The notes beneath the pieces are model-generated. The model searched no databases. It had not been told where the DNA came from and worked only from the letters and a program-made list of their open reading frames with translations. Positions 27,142 through 42,717 of a stretch of DNA of 64,000 nucleotides are shown one piece after another (position 1 is the stretch's first letter; every line of letters begins with the position of its first letter). The stretch is taken from positions 1,126 through 65,125 of the forward strand of contig CAVOUS010000008.1 of the NCBI GenBank assembly GCA_963699675.1, given 5' to 3'. The stretch is from an uncultured Actinomycetota bacterium (GTDB lineage: Bacteria > Actinomycetota > Thermoleophilia > Solirubrobacterales > Solirubrobacteraceae). Made by a program: the position numbers and the translations under genes.

Positions 27142-29579
27142 TGGGATCGGTCCTGCGCCTGCCGCTGACCTGGCTGCACGAGTACTGCCGGCCGGACCTC
27201 AACGCGTTCGATCTCGCCGATCGTCTGGCGATGACCGGCACCGAGGTCGAGCGGGTGGAGGCCCACGGCGTGTCGGGGCTGGAGCACTTCGTCGTCGGCA
27301 AGGTCCTCGACGCCCGGCAGCATCCCGATGCCGACCGCCTGCGGGTCTGCCAGGTGGACACCGGTGACGGCGAGGCCAGCCAGATCGTGTGCGGGGCCCC
27401 CAACGTCGCCACCGGGCAGACGGTCGCGGTCGCCAAGCCGGGCGCGGTGATGCCCGACGGCACCAGGCTCAAGGTGGCCAAGCTGCGCGGCCAGCCGTCC
27501 AACGGCATGATCCTGGCCGAGGACGAGGTGTCGATCGGCACCGATCACAACGGGATCATGGTGCTGCCCGACGAGCTCGCGGCCGGCACCCCGCTGACCG
27601 AGGTGCTCCCCATCGCCACCGACGTGCTGCTGGTGGAGGTGACACCCAACCGCCCCGACTGCCTGGGGGTGTACGGGGTCGCCCGCGAGGTTCACGCCGC
27701 CACCGGCGCCGCGCTCTCGCCGCCGCCGTGGTCAGATGATCCCCACCCGCCTGGGGATCTAACCGCGGCTGGGATCGAGGTGCAGTGTCCCGAGCTGTGC
27801 CCGCGGTTCACCGCCCGGGCATTCGAGGACGTGACGATCGGGCCGTCACCGGCGTGGCTGAAGGCGCGGCTGATGGCGGCCGGCCAGCGGCCGATCTCCA
27901 ACGTCGTCGACATCACCAACTACGTGATGCTGTTGACCGGCCAGCCGTTGCACGCGTTCGATCTCGACCGCATCGCCGGGGCGCAGCTGACGATTCGCGC
28001 CGCCCGCGACGGCGAGACGATGGAGACGCTCGATGGCCAGACGCGGACGCTTGATCACGAGATGGTGCTGATCGCCGACGCCGAGGGCCCGACCTCGATC
28101 GCCGGGGTGATGGGCGGCGCCCGCTCCGAGGTCCAGGCCTCCACCACGCGCGTGCTGATGGAGGTGGCCAACTGGGACGGCGCCAACGTCCACCGCACCT
28201 CGCTCAAGCTCGGGTTGCGCAGCGAGGCCTCCACTCGCAACGAGAAGGGGCTCCAGCCCGAGTCGTGCCTGGAGGCCCAGGCGATCGCCAGCCGGTTGAT
28301 GGTGGAGCTGTGCGGGGCCCGGATGGTCCCGGGGACGATCGATATCGGCGGCGAGGGACCACCGCTGCAGACGATCGCCCTGCGTGACGCCCGCGTCACC
28401 GGCCTGCTCGGGATCGAGATCCCTCGAGCCCGGTGCGCCGAGATCCTCACCGCGCTGGAGTTCGCGCCCAAGCTCGCCTTTGACGGTCTCGATGTGATCG
28501 TCCCCGCATTTCGCCGTGGCGACGTCACCCGCGAGGCCGACCTGATCGAGGAGATCGCCCGGCTCGGCGCGCTGGAGCAGCTGCCCGCCACCCTGCCGTC
28601 GCGCCACGGCGCCTCGGCGCGCCTCACCGATCGCCAGCAGCTGCGCCGCCGCGCCGCGGACGCCCTGACCGCCCAGGGACTGCACGAGATCGTCGGGTGG
28701 AGCTTCGAGGGACCGGAGCTGGCGACGCGACTGCGGATCGAAGACCGCCCCGTCGTCGAGCTCGAGAACCCGATGTCGGCCGACCAATCCCGGTTGCGGG
28801 TGACCCTGCTGGGATCGCTGCTCGACGTCGGCCGGCGTAACCGCTCCCGCGGCGCGGCGGCGATCCGACTGTTCGAACAGGGCGCCGTGTATCTCCCGAG
28901 CGCCGGCGACGCCGCTGCCGCTGCCGCTGCCCGGCCCGACGAGCCCCACCACGTGGCGACGCTGCTGTCGGGGCCGGTCCGCCCCGCCACCTGGCGTGAC
29001 CCCGAGCCGCCGGCGGCCGATTTCTTCAGCGCGAAAGGGGTGTTGGCGGGGATGCTCGACACCGTCCGCGTGCCGTGGAGCCTGGAGGCCGACCCCGGCG
29101 CCGAGCCGTTCTTGCACCCCGGACGGGCGGCGCGGATCCTGCTCGACGGCGCGCCCGCCGGATGGATCGGTGAGATCCACCCGCAGGTCGCCGGCGCCTG
29201 GGACTGGTCAGACGCGGTCGCCGCCTTCGAGATTGACCTCGACGCCGTCGCCGAGCTGGTCGCAGTCACTCGCTACGCCGATGTCACCAGCTTCCCCGAG
29301 GTGCGCGAGGACCTGGCGGTGATCGTTGCCGACACCGTCTCCGCCGCCGAGGTGATCGCCGTCGTCCGGCAGGCCGGCGGCGCGTTGCTCGCCGGCGCCG
29401 AGGTGTTCGACGTGTACCGCGACGAGCAGCGCGTCGGCGCTGGGAAGGTGTCACTGGCGCTGCGGCTGCGCTTCCGCGCGCCCGACCGGACGCTCACCGA
29501 CGAGGAGGTGGCCACGCGCCGGCGCAAGATCGCCGCGGCGCTGACCACGCAGCTCGACGGGAGGGTCCGTGACTCCTGA
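27141..29579 (+). CDS. pheT: Phenylalanine--tRNA ligase beta subunit
   Basis: QHPDADRLRVC, IVCGAPNV, EVTPNRPDCLG, NVVDITNYV, QPLHAFD, RREADLIEE-like motif, NPMS, C-terminal FDX-ACB domain. Confidence 0.98.
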   Translation: MGSVLRLPLTWLHEYCRPDLNAFDLADRLAMTGTEVERVEAHGVSGLEHFVVGKVLDARQHPDADRLRVCQVDTGDGEASQIVCGAPNVATGQTVAVAKPGAVMPDGTRLKVAKLRGQPSNGMILAEDEVSIGTDHNGIMVLPDELAAGTPLTEVLPIATDVLLVEVTPNRPDCLGVYGVAREVHAATGAALSPPPWSDDPHPPGDLTAAGIEVQCPELCPRFTARAFEDVTIGPSPAWLKARLMAAGQRPISNVVDITNYVMLLTGQPLHAFDLDRIAGAQLTIRAARDGETMETLDGQTRTLDHEMVLIADAEGPTSIAGVMGGARSEVQASTTRVLMEVANWDGANVHRTSLKLGLRSEASTRNEKGLQPESCLEAQAIASRLMVELCGARMVPGTIDIGGEGPPLQTIALRDARVTGLLGIEIPRARCAEILTALEFAPKLAFDGLDVIVPAFRRGDVTREADLIEEIARLGALEQLPATLPSRHGASARLTDRQQLRRRAADALTAQGLHEIVGWSFEGPELATRLRIEDRPVVELENPMSADQSRLRVTLLGSLLDVGRRNRSRGAAAIRLFEQGAVYLPSAGDAAAAAAARPDEPHHVATLLSGPVRPATWRDPEPPAADFFSAKGVLAGMLDTVRVPWSLEADPGAEPFLHPGRAARILLDGAPAGWIGEIHPQVAGAWDWSDAVAAFEIDLDAVAELVAVTRYADVTSFPEVREDLAVIVADTVSAAEVIAVVRQAGGALLAGAEVFDVYRDEQRVGAGKVSLALRLRFRAPDRTLTDEEVATRRRKIAAALTTQLDGRVRDS

Positions 29580-30591
29580 CGCTCCGACCGTCGCGGTGTT
29601 CGGCGCCGCCGGTTACGCGGGCGCGCTCAGCGCGCGGCTGCTGTATCGCCACCCGTCCTTCATGTTGACGACCGTCACCGCGCGTTCGGACGTCGGCCGG
29701 CGGCTCGATGACATCTATCCCCACCACCGGGTGCCGATGATGCTCGAGGAGCTCGACCTCGACCGGCACGGTGACGTCGACGCGGCGATCGTCGCCTATC
29801 CCCACGGGGCGTCCGCCGAGGTGGTCTCAGAGCTGCACCGCCGCGGGGCCAAGGTGGTGGACCTCAGTGCCGACTTCCGCCTCCGCGACCCCGCGGTGTA
29901 CGAGGAGTGGTACCGCCCGCACCCGGTTCCGGGGCTGATCGCCGACGCCGTGTACGGCCTGCCCGAGCACTACCGCGACGAGATCGCCGGCGCGTCGATC
30001 GTCGCCAACCCCGGCTGCTACCCGACGGCGGCGATCCTCGGGCTGGCGCCGCTGGCCCGCGCCGGGCTGATCGGCGACGTCGTGATCGACGCGAAGTCCG
30101 GCGTGTCGGGCGCCGGGCGGGGCGCCACCGACCAGACGCACTTCGTCACCGTCGACGAGAACCTCATCGCCTACGGGGTGCCCCGCCACCGCCACACGCC
30201 GGAGATCGAGCAGGAGCTGGCGGTCCTCGGCGCCGATCTGCGGATCACGTTCACGCCGCACCTGGTGCCGCTGGACCAGGGTGAGCTGGTCTCCTGCTAC
30301 GTGACCGTCCCCGCCGGCGCGGCCGACGCCGCCGGTGACGCCGGCGACGTGGCGATGCTGTATCGCGAGGCCTACGCCGACGAGCCGTTCGTGGAGGTGG
30401 CGAGCGGCCCACCGGGCGTGCGTGACGTGCGCGAGACCAACATCTGCCGCATCTCGGTGCACCGCGACGAGCGCACCGGCCGCGTGATCGTGCTCTCGGC
30501 GATTGACAACCTGTGGAAGGGCGCCGCCTCGCAGGCCGTCCAGAACCTCAACCTGATGTTCGGGCGTCCGGAGGGGGAGGGGATCAGTTGA
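29569..30591 (+). CDS. argC: N-acetyl-gamma-glutamyl-phosphate reductase
   Basis: FGAAGYAG, VDLSADFRL, VANPGCYPT, DAKSGVSGAG, HRHTPEI, IDNLWKGAASQAVQNLN. Confidence 0.98.
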   Translation: MTPDAPTVAVFGAAGYAGALSARLLYRHPSFMLTTVTARSDVGRRLDDIYPHHRVPMMLEELDLDRHGDVDAAIVAYPHGASAEVVSELHRRGAKVVDLSADFRLRDPAVYEEWYRPHPVPGLIADAVYGLPEHYRDEIAGASIVANPGCYPTAAILGLAPLARAGLIGDVVIDAKSGVSGAGRGATDQTHFVTVDENLIAYGVPRHRHTPEIEQELAVLGADLRITFTPHLVPLDQGELVSCYVTVPAGAADAAGDAGDVAMLYREAYADEPFVEVASGPPGVRDVRETNICRISVHRDERTGRVIVLSAIDNLWKGAASQAVQNLNLMFGRPEGEGIS

Positions 30592-31829
30592 CGCCGTTCT
30601 TCGCCAGCCGCTGGGTGCCGTGCCCGGACCACGTCGCCGAGCTCGGTGGTGACGGGCTCCCGGCCGGCTTCCGCGCGGCGGGCGCGGCCGCGGGGATCAA
30701 GCCGAGCGGAGCCCCGGACGTCGGCCTGATGGTCTGCGACGCGCCGGGGGCGACGAGCGCCGCGCGGTTCACCGCCTCCGGCACCCAGGCGCCGCCGGTG
30801 CTGCTGTGCCGCGAACGCTCCCGGCTCGGGGCGCTGCGCGCGGTGGTCGTCAATGCCGGCAACGCCAACGCGGCCACCGGGCCGTCCGGGTTCGAGAACG
30901 CCGCCAAGATGCAGGGCGCGGGCGCGCTGGTGGCCGGCGTCACCGAGGATCAGGTGGCGGTGTGCTCCACCGGCGTGATCGGCGTGCCGCTGCCGATGGA
31001 CAAGATCAACCAGGGGATCCTCGCGGCCGCGCACGCCCTGTCCGGCGACGGCGACGCCGCCTTCAGCGCGGCGATCCAGACGACCGACGCGTTCGAGAAG
31101 CGCGCCCGGCTCCAGGTCACGCTGCCCTCGGGCACGGTGACGATCACCGGGCAGGCGAAGGGCGCCGGGATGCTCTCCCCGAGCTTCGCCACGCTGCTCG
31201 TGTTCATCCAGTCCGACGCGCTCCTGTCCGCCGACACCTGCGATCTGCTGCTGGGCGTGTGCGTCAAGCGCTCGTTCGAGCGGGTCTCGGTCGACGGCCA
31301 GCTCTCCACCAACGACACGGTCATCCTCCAGTGCAGCGGCGAGTCCGGCGTCGCCGTGGAGCCCGAGACCGAGGACGAGCTCCGCTTCGGCGAGGCGCTC
31401 GACGCGCTCCTGCGCCAGCTGTCCCTGCTGGTGGTGCGCGACGGCGAGGGCGCCAGGCGGGTGGGCCGGGTCGTCGTCCGCGGGGGAGACGCGGCGGCGG
31501 TCGACGCCGTCGCCCGCTCGGTGGCCAACTCCGCCCTGGTCAAGACGGCGCTGTACGGCGGCGATCCCAACTGGGGGCGGATCATCCAGGCCGTCGGCGC
31601 GGCGATGCCGGGCACCGCGCCACTGCCGGTTGACATCGCCATCGAGGGCATGCCGGTCTGCGGGCGGGGCGCGGTGATCCCCCATGACGCCGCGGCGCTG
31701 GCCGAGGCGGTGTCCGGCGACGAGATCGAGTACGAGATCGGGTTGCCGGGGGAGGGGGCCGAGGCCGAGGTGTTCTTCTCAGATCTCGGCCACGAGTACG
31801 TCACGATCAACGCCGAGTACACGACATGA
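30588..31829 (+). CDS. argJ: Ornithine acetyltransferase/N-acetylglutamate synthase
   Basis: GFRAAG, NAGNANA, STGVIG, AKGAGMLSPSFATLL (autocleavage Thr), STNDTV, DGEGA, LVKTALYGGDPNWGRI. Confidence 0.97.
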   Translation: MTPFFASRWVPCPDHVAELGGDGLPAGFRAAGAAAGIKPSGAPDVGLMVCDAPGATSAARFTASGTQAPPVLLCRERSRLGALRAVVVNAGNANAATGPSGFENAAKMQGAGALVAGVTEDQVAVCSTGVIGVPLPMDKINQGILAAAHALSGDGDAAFSAAIQTTDAFEKRARLQVTLPSGTVTITGQAKGAGMLSPSFATLLVFIQSDALLSADTCDLLLGVCVKRSFERVSVDGQLSTNDTVILQCSGESGVAVEPETEDELRFGEALDALLRQLSLLVVRDGEGARRVGRVVVRGGDAAAVDAVARSVANSALVKTALYGGDPNWGRIIQAVGAAMPGTAPLPVDIAIEGMPVCGRGAVIPHDAAALAEAVSGDEIEYEIGLPGEGAEAEVFFSDLGHEYVTINAEYTT

Positions 31830-32689
31830 GCTCGAGGCCCCTCCGCGATGTCACGACGCTGCTGGAGGCGCTCCCGTACATCCGGGAGTTCCACGGCCAG
31901 ACGGTGGTGATCAAGTACGGCGGCGCGGCGATGACCAATCCGGAGCTCAAGGAGGAGTTCGCGCGCGACGTCGTGCTGCTCAAGTATGTGGGGATGAACC
32001 CGATCGTCATCCACGGCGGCGGCCCGGAGATCTCGAGCTACATGCGGAGGCTGGATCTGCCGATCGAGTTCGTCGACGGCCTGCGCGTGTCGAGCGCCGA
32101 GACGGTGGAAGTGGCCAAGATGGTGCTCGTCGGCAAGGTCAACAAGGACATCGTGCTCCGCCTCAACCGTCACGGCCAGCCGGCGGTGGGCCTGTGCGGC
32201 GATGACGGGCTGCTGTTCCGCGCCGCCCGCCAGGCGGCGCCGAGCGGACAGGACATCGGCTTCGTGGGGCGGATCGAGCGCGTCGACGTCGAAGTCCTCA
32301 TGCATGTCGCCCAGGACTACATCCCGGTCGTCGCCTCGGTCGGGGCCGACCGCGAGGGCAACTCGTACAACATCAACGCCGACGAGGCGGCTGGAGCCGT
32401 CGCCCGCGCGCTCGGCGCCTACAAGATCATGTTCCTCACCGACGTCGCCGGCTGGCTGCGGGACCCGGAGGACCCCTCGAGCGTCATCTCCGAGATCGAC
32501 GCCGACGAGGTGCGGGCGGCGCTGCCGACGGTGGCCGGCGGGATGCGTCCCAAGCTCGCCGCCTGCCTGGACGCGATCAATGGCGGGGTCTCCTATGCCC
32601 ACATCGTCGACGGGCGCGTCCCCCACTCACTGCTGCTCGAGCTGTTCACCGACGCCGGTCAGGGCACCAAGATCGGGCCGGTCTCCTAG
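31826..32689 (+). CDS. argB: Acetylglutamate kinase
   Basis: VIKYGGAAM, IHGGGPEI, NINADEAA, LTDVAG, GGMRPKL, HSLLLELFTDAGQGT. Confidence 0.98.
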   Translation: MSSRPLRDVTTLLEALPYIREFHGQTVVIKYGGAAMTNPELKEEFARDVVLLKYVGMNPIVIHGGGPEISSYMRRLDLPIEFVDGLRVSSAETVEVAKMVLVGKVNKDIVLRLNRHGQPAVGLCGDDGLLFRAARQAAPSGQDIGFVGRIERVDVEVLMHVAQDYIPVVASVGADREGNSYNINADEAAGAVARALGAYKIMFLTDVAGWLRDPEDPSSVISEIDADEVRAALPTVAGGMRPKLAACLDAINGGVSYAHIVDGRVPHSLLLELFTDAGQGTKIGPVS

Positions 32690-32708
32690 CCATGCCCGGG
32701 GTGCACGC

Positions 32709-33878
32709 GTGAGCTATCCCTCGCTGGACGAGCTGCGGCAGCTGGAGCGTGACTTCGTCATCCCGACGTACGCCCGCAACCCGGTCCAGTTCGTCCGCGG
32801 CCAGGGCTGCACGCTGTGGGACGCCGACGGCAACGAGTACCTCGACTTCCTGGCCGGGATCTCGGTGCTCAACGTGGGCCATTGCCACCCGCGGATCGTC
32901 GCCACCGTCCGCGAGCAGGCCGGCCTCCTGACCCACGCCACCAACCTCTACTACACCGCCCCGGCGATGCAGCTGTCAGCGCGCCTGTCTGAGAGCTCGC
33001 TCGGGGGCAAGGTGTTCCTCTGCAACTCCGGGACCGAGGCCAACGAGGCGGCGATCAAGCTGGCTCGCCGCGCCCGCCCCGGCGGCAAGCTGATCGTTCT
33101 GCAGGAGGCATTCCACGGGCGCACGTACGGCTCCCTGTCGGCGACCCCGCAGGAATCCAAACAGGCGCCGTTCGCGCCGCTGGTGCCGGGGTTCGAGGTG
33201 ATCCCCAAGGACCCCGCCGCGGTGACGGCGGCGGTCGATGGCGACACCGCCGCCGTGCTGCTGGAGCCGATCCAGGGCGAGACCGGCATCCATCCGCTGT
33301 CACCGGAGCTGCTCCGGGCGGCGCGGGCGGCCTGCGATGACACCGGCGCCGCGCTCATCTTCGACGAGATCCAGACCGGGATGGGGCGGACCGGGACGCT
33401 GTGGGCCTACGAGCAGACCGGGGTCGTGCCGGATGCGATGACGAGCGCCAAGGCGCTGGGCGGTGGATTGCCGATCGGCGCGCTCATCACCGGGCCCCGG
33501 CTGGCCGACGTGTTTCAGCCCGGGGATCACGGGTCCACGTTCGCCGGCGGCCCGCTCGTCTCGGCGGCGGCGCTGGTGGCGCTCGAGCTCTGCGCGGATC
33601 CCGGCCTGCTGGCGAGCGTCCGGACGCTGGGCGAGCGGCTGCGTGAGGGGCTGGCGTCCCTGCCGGTCGTCCGGACGGTGCGCGGCCGCGGGCTGATGAT
33701 CGGCGTCGACCTGCAGGACGGCGTCTCGGCACCTGAGCTGGCGAGCCGGGCGCTGCTCGAGCAGCGCCTCGTGCTCAACGCCACCGGTCCCGCGACGATC
33801 CGCTTTGAGCCGCCGCTGGTCGTCTCGGAGGGCGAGATCGACGAGGCGCTCCATCGCCTCGTTGAGCTCACGCGTTGA
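32709..33878 (+). CDS. argD: Acetylornithine aminotransferase
   Basis: YLDFLAGISV..GHCHP, NSGTEANEAAIK, FHGRT, EPIQGE, FDEIQTGMGRTG, AKALGGG, HGSTFAG. Confidence 0.96.
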   Translation: MSYPSLDELRQLERDFVIPTYARNPVQFVRGQGCTLWDADGNEYLDFLAGISVLNVGHCHPRIVATVREQAGLLTHATNLYYTAPAMQLSARLSESSLGGKVFLCNSGTEANEAAIKLARRARPGGKLIVLQEAFHGRTYGSLSATPQESKQAPFAPLVPGFEVIPKDPAAVTAAVDGDTAAVLLEPIQGETGIHPLSPELLRAARAACDDTGAALIFDEIQTGMGRTGTLWAYEQTGVVPDAMTSAKALGGGLPIGALITGPRLADVFQPGDHGSTFAGGPLVSAAALVALELCADPGLLASVRTLGERLREGLASLPVVRTVRGRGLMIGVDLQDGVSAPELASRALLEQRLVLNATGPATIRFEPPLVVSEGEIDEALHRLVELTR

Positions 33879-34827
33879 GCGCCGCGGCCCGCGCCAAGGT
33901 CGATGTCCCGCTCGCGTTTGACCAGCGGACCGATGCGGCCGCCGTGGCGGTGCTGCGACGGCTGCTGACCGTGATCCGGGACAACGTCGAGGGCGCGATC
34001 AGCGGCGAGGATGACGAGCACCTGCACCAGCTGCGGATCGCGGTGCGCCGGTCGCGCATGGTTCAGCGGCAGCTCGCCGGAGCGTTCGGACCCGAGGAGC
34101 TGCCCGGATTTCGCAGCGAGTTCCGCTGGCTGCAGCAGGTGACCGGGCCCACCCGGGACCTCGATGTCTACGTCTCAGAGCTCGGCTCGATGCGCGATCT
34201 GCTGCCGGAACCGATCCGGGATGACCTCGGTCCGCTGCGGCCGGTGCTCGTCCACGGCCGCCTCGCCGCCCGCGCCGACATGACCCGCGCGCTCATGTCC
34301 GCCCGCACCACCAACCTGTTCGAGGACTGGGACCGGCTGCTGGAGAGCCTCGTCGAGCTGGCGGCGGAGGACCGGCCGCTGGCCCGGCGCCCGATCGGGG
34401 AGGTGGCGGGCAAGCGAATCACCAAGGTCTACAAGCGGATGGTCCGCATGGGGAAGGCCATCGACGAGGCCAGCCCGGCCACGGACTACCACGAGCTGCG
34501 CAAGAAGGGCAAGGAGCTGCGCTACCTGCTCGAGCTGTTCGGGGTCAAGCTGTTCGACGACGCGACCGTCGGGCCGTTGGTCAAATCGCTCAAGGGCCTC
34601 CAGGACGTCCTGGGCCGCCACCAGGACCGCGAGGTGCAGACGGCGATGCTGCGCTCCACCGCCGACGAGGTGGCGACGCTGCGCGGCGGTGCCGCCGCCT
34701 GCATGGCGATGGGGGTCCTCGTCGAGCGGCTGCGGTCAGACGAGGCGGCCGCCCGCCACGAGTTCGGCGAGCGCTTCGCCGCACTGGCTTCGACGGAGCA
34801 GCGCGCCCTGGTGCGGGAGACTTTCAT

Positions 34828-34831
<4 letters not shown>
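33875..34831 (+). CDS. CHAD-domain (polyphosphate-binding) protein
   Basis: EHLHQLRIAVRR.R, GPTRDLDV, YHELRKKGKELRYLLE, LQDVLGRHQD. Confidence 0.9.
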
Positions 34832-39900
<5,069 letters not shown>

Positions 39901-39936
39901 GCCGCGATCGTCGCGCTGCGCCCGCGAGCGGAGCGC

Positions 39937-42006
39937 GTGAGCCCGGCTGAGGATCGCCCGCTGGGCATCCTGCTGGTCGACGATCACAAGGAGAATCTGG
40001 CGGCGCTGCGGGCGGTGCTGGAGCCCCTGGGCGAGCGCCTGGTCACCGCCGATTCCGGTGAGCAGGCGCTGCGGGCGCTGCTGCGCGAGGACATCGCGGT
40101 CATCCTGCTCGACGTCCGCATGGCCGGCCTGGACGGGCTGCAGACCGCGCGCATCATCCGGGCCCGTCCCCGCACCCGCCACATCCCGATCATCTTCCTC
40201 ACCGCCCAGGTCTCCGACGTGGAGCAGATCACCCTGGCCTACGCCTCGGGCGCCGTGGACTACGTCGTCAAGCCGTTCGAGCCCGACATCCTGCGGGCGA
40301 AGGTGTCGGTGTTCGTCGAGCTCAGCCGCGAGCGCGGTGAACGCGTACGCCAGTCCCGGGCCCGCGCGGAGGCCGAGGCTGTGGCCCGCACCGTGCGCAC
40401 GTTGCAGATCCTGTCCGACGCCGCGCTCTCGCACCTGGAGATGGGCGGCCTGACCGCAGAGCTCGTGGAGCGGGCCGCGACGCTGTTCCAGGCCGACGCG
40501 GCCTGCCTGCTCCTGCGCGACGAGAGCGCCCCGGGCCTGGGGGTGCACGCGGGTCGCGGCGCCCTCCCGGTGCCCGCCGGCGGCCGGGTGATGCTGGGTG
40601 ACGGCACCTTGGGGCGTCTCGCCGTCGAGCGCCGGACGGCGCTGCTGGTGGGCGACGAGCTGCCGCCCACCGAGACGGTGCCGGTGGGGGAGGGCGCCGA
40701 TGACCAGGCGCCGATCGCGTGCCTCCTGGTGGTCCCGCTGGTCGCCTCCGACGAGTTGCTGGGCCTGATCGTGCTCGGGGCCACCGCCGAGGACCGCTTC
40801 GACGCCGGGGACCTCGAGCTGCTCACGCTCGCCGCCGACCGGATGGCGATCGCCATCGACCACGTCCAGCGCTTCGCCCACGGACGCCAGCTGGTGGAGA
40901 CGCTCCAGCGCAGCCTGCTGCCCGACCGCCTCCCGCACCACCCGCGCCTCGAGCTCGCCGCACGCTACCTCCCCAGCGGCCTGGCGCCGCAGATTGGCGG
41001 CGACTGGTACGACGCGCTCGAGCTCGATCGCGATCGCACCGCGGTGATGATCGGGGACGTCGTCGGCCACGGCGTGCGGGCGGCCACGACGATGAGCGAG
41101 CTGCGTAACGCGCTGCGTGCCTTCGCCGTCGAAGGCCACGGCCCGGGGGCGGCGCTGCACCAGCTCGACCGGGTCGTCCACGCCACCTTCGGCCCGGGGA
41201 TGATCGCGACCGTCCTGTTCCTGGTCATCGACGCGTCCAAGGGGACGGTGTCGATCTCGCGCGCCGGGCACCCGCCGCCGGCGCTGCGGACCGCGGACGG
41301 CGAGATCCGCTTCCTGGAGACGGGGAGCACGCTGCCGCTGGGCATCGACTGCCGCCGCTCCGCCGACGAGGCCGAGTACACGGTGAGCCCGGGCGACACA
41401 CTGCTCCTGTTCACCGACGGGCTGGTCGAGCGCCGCCGCGAGTCGATCACCACCGGCTTCGATCGCCTGCGCGATGCCTTCACCGACGCGCCTGCGGACG
41501 TCGAGGAGCTGTGTGACCACATCCTCGAGCGCACGGTGTCCGAGCAGGCCAGCCACGACGACATCGCGGTGCTGGCCGTCCGCGTGCTCGGCCCGCCGCT
41601 GGGCGCGCTGGAGCTCGTGCTGGCGGCCAGGGCCGCCTCGGTCCCGCTGGCGCGCCACCGCCTGCGGGGGTGGCTCAACGAGAACGTGCCCGAGCTCGAT
41701 CGCGTCGCCCGCGGTGACCTGGAGCTGGCGTGGTCTGAGGCGTGCACCAACGTCATCCGCCACGCGTATGGTCCCGGCGATGCGACGTTCCAGGCCACCG
41801 CGGCACGTGACGACGACGCCGTCGCGCTGCAGGTGCGCGACAGCGGCCAGTGGCGCCCGCCGCGGGGCCAGCACGGTGGGCGCGGCATCGCCCTGATGCG
41901 CGAGCTGTGCGACGCCGTCCGGGTGGACCGCCGCTCGGAGGGGACGACCGTGTCGATGCGCCGCAGCTTCGGCGACGCCCCCGCGGACGGACCGCCGGCG
42001 TCGTGA
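39937..42006 (+). CDS. REC-GAF-PP2C(SpoIIE)-HATPase(RsbW-like) fusion protein
   Basis: OsaB-like receiver (ILLVDDHKENL..LLDVRM..HIPIIFLTA..AVDYVVKPF..LRAKVSVFVEL), GAF, GGDWYD/IGDVVGHG/FTDGLVE/DDIAVL, then EACTNVIRHAY..DSG..GGRGIALM. Confidence 0.92.
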   Translation: MSPAEDRPLGILLVDDHKENLAALRAVLEPLGERLVTADSGEQALRALLREDIAVILLDVRMAGLDGLQTARIIRARPRTRHIPIIFLTAQVSDVEQITLAYASGAVDYVVKPFEPDILRAKVSVFVELSRERGERVRQSRARAEAEAVARTVRTLQILSDAALSHLEMGGLTAELVERAATLFQADAACLLLRDESAPGLGVHAGRGALPVPAGGRVMLGDGTLGRLAVERRTALLVGDELPPTETVPVGEGADDQAPIACLLVVPLVASDELLGLIVLGATAEDRFDAGDLELLTLAADRMAIAIDHVQRFAHGRQLVETLQRSLLPDRLPHHPRLELAARYLPSGLAPQIGGDWYDALELDRDRTAVMIGDVVGHGVRAATTMSELRNALRAFAVEGHGPGAALHQLDRVVHATFGPGMIATVLFLVIDASKGTVSISRAGHPPPALRTADGEIRFLETGSTLPLGIDCRRSADEAEYTVSPGDTLLLFTDGLVERRRESITTGFDRLRDAFTDAPADVEELCDHILERTVSEQASHDDIAVLAVRVLGPPLGALELVLAARAASVPLARHRLRGWLNENVPELDRVARGDLELAWSEACTNVIRHAYGPGDATFQATAARDDDAVALQVRDSGQWRPPRGQHGGRGIALMRELCDAVRVDRRSEGTTVSMRRSFGDAPADGPPAS

Positions 42007-42428
42007 CGGGCGCGTCCGGCAGCGAGCCGTCGGCCCGGAGCGGCCCCGAGTCCACGCCGGCCCCGGACGGGTTCGCCCACGTGGCCATGCAGGACCACGA
42101 CGGCGTGCCGGTGGCCGTCATCAGCGGCGAGGTCGACATCGCCAACATCGACGACATCACCCGGCAGCTCATCGCCCTGCCCAACTTCGCCCCCGGCCTG
42201 GTCGTGGACCTGCGCCGGGTCGACTACATGGACAGCACCGGGATCTCCCTGCTGCACGACCTGGCGGGGCGGCTGCGCGAGCGCTCCCAGCAACTGGTCG
42301 TGGTCAGCCCGCCGGGGTCGCCGCCGCGGCGGGTGCTCGAACTGACCGGGCTCATCACCCGGACCACCGTGGTCGACGATCTCGCGCCGGCGGTGCAGGC
42401 GATACGGCACGTGGCCCCCCTGAGGTAG
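42003..42428 (+). CDS. STAS-domain anti-anti-sigma factor
   Basis: VISGEVDIAN, VVDLRRVDYMDSTGI (phosphoacceptor Ser), RRVLELTGL; GTGA overlap with the upstream stop. Confidence 0.92.
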   Translation: MTGASGSEPSARSGPESTPAPDGFAHVAMQDHDGVPVAVISGEVDIANIDDITRQLIALPNFAPGLVVDLRRVDYMDSTGISLLHDLAGRLRERSQQLVVVSPPGSPPRRVLELTGLITRTTVVDDLAPAVQAIRHVAPLR

Positions 42429-42438
42429 CATCGACTCC

Positions 42439-42615
42439 ATGGGCTACAAGATCCTCGGCTTTGCCGTCTGGCAGGGCAGCAAGTGGTACCTGAGGCGCCG
42501 CATGAGCGGGTTCCGCGCCAAGGCCGCGATCGCCGGCGTCGGTGCCGTGGTCGTCGCCGGGGTGCTCGTCGCGGGCCGCCAGGCCACCGCCGGACGCCAG
42601 GCAACACATCAATAA
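42439..42615 (+). CDS. 58-aa small membrane protein (below the ORF-track cutoff)
   Basis: MGYKILGFAVWQGSKWYLRRRMSGFRAKAAIAGVGAVVVAGVLVAGRQATAGRQATHQ; one TM; TAGCAT 7 nt upstream. Confidence 0.7.
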   Translation: MGYKILGFAVWQGSKWYLRRRMSGFRAKAAIAGVGAVVVAGVLVAGRQATAGRQATHQ

Positions 42616-42717
42616 CGCCTAAGTTTGCGTAGGGTTTAGGCAGGGACTCGCGGTGCGCCCGGCGAATGGACGAAGGCGAGACCGCACGCACGGATCGGCT
42701 TTGCGACTCGCCCCAGA

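Noticed and set aside
30372-32626. Long minus-strand ORFs (437 and 558 aa) over argJ-argB, and similar ones over thrS, pheT, dnaE and the PP2C gene
   Set aside because: Antisense shadows with no motifs, opposite well-supported genes
42618-42640. CCTAA-N13-TTAGG inverted repeat as an IdeR/DtxR box
   Set aside because: Arms are in the opposite order to the TTAGG...CCTAA consensus and only 5 bp long
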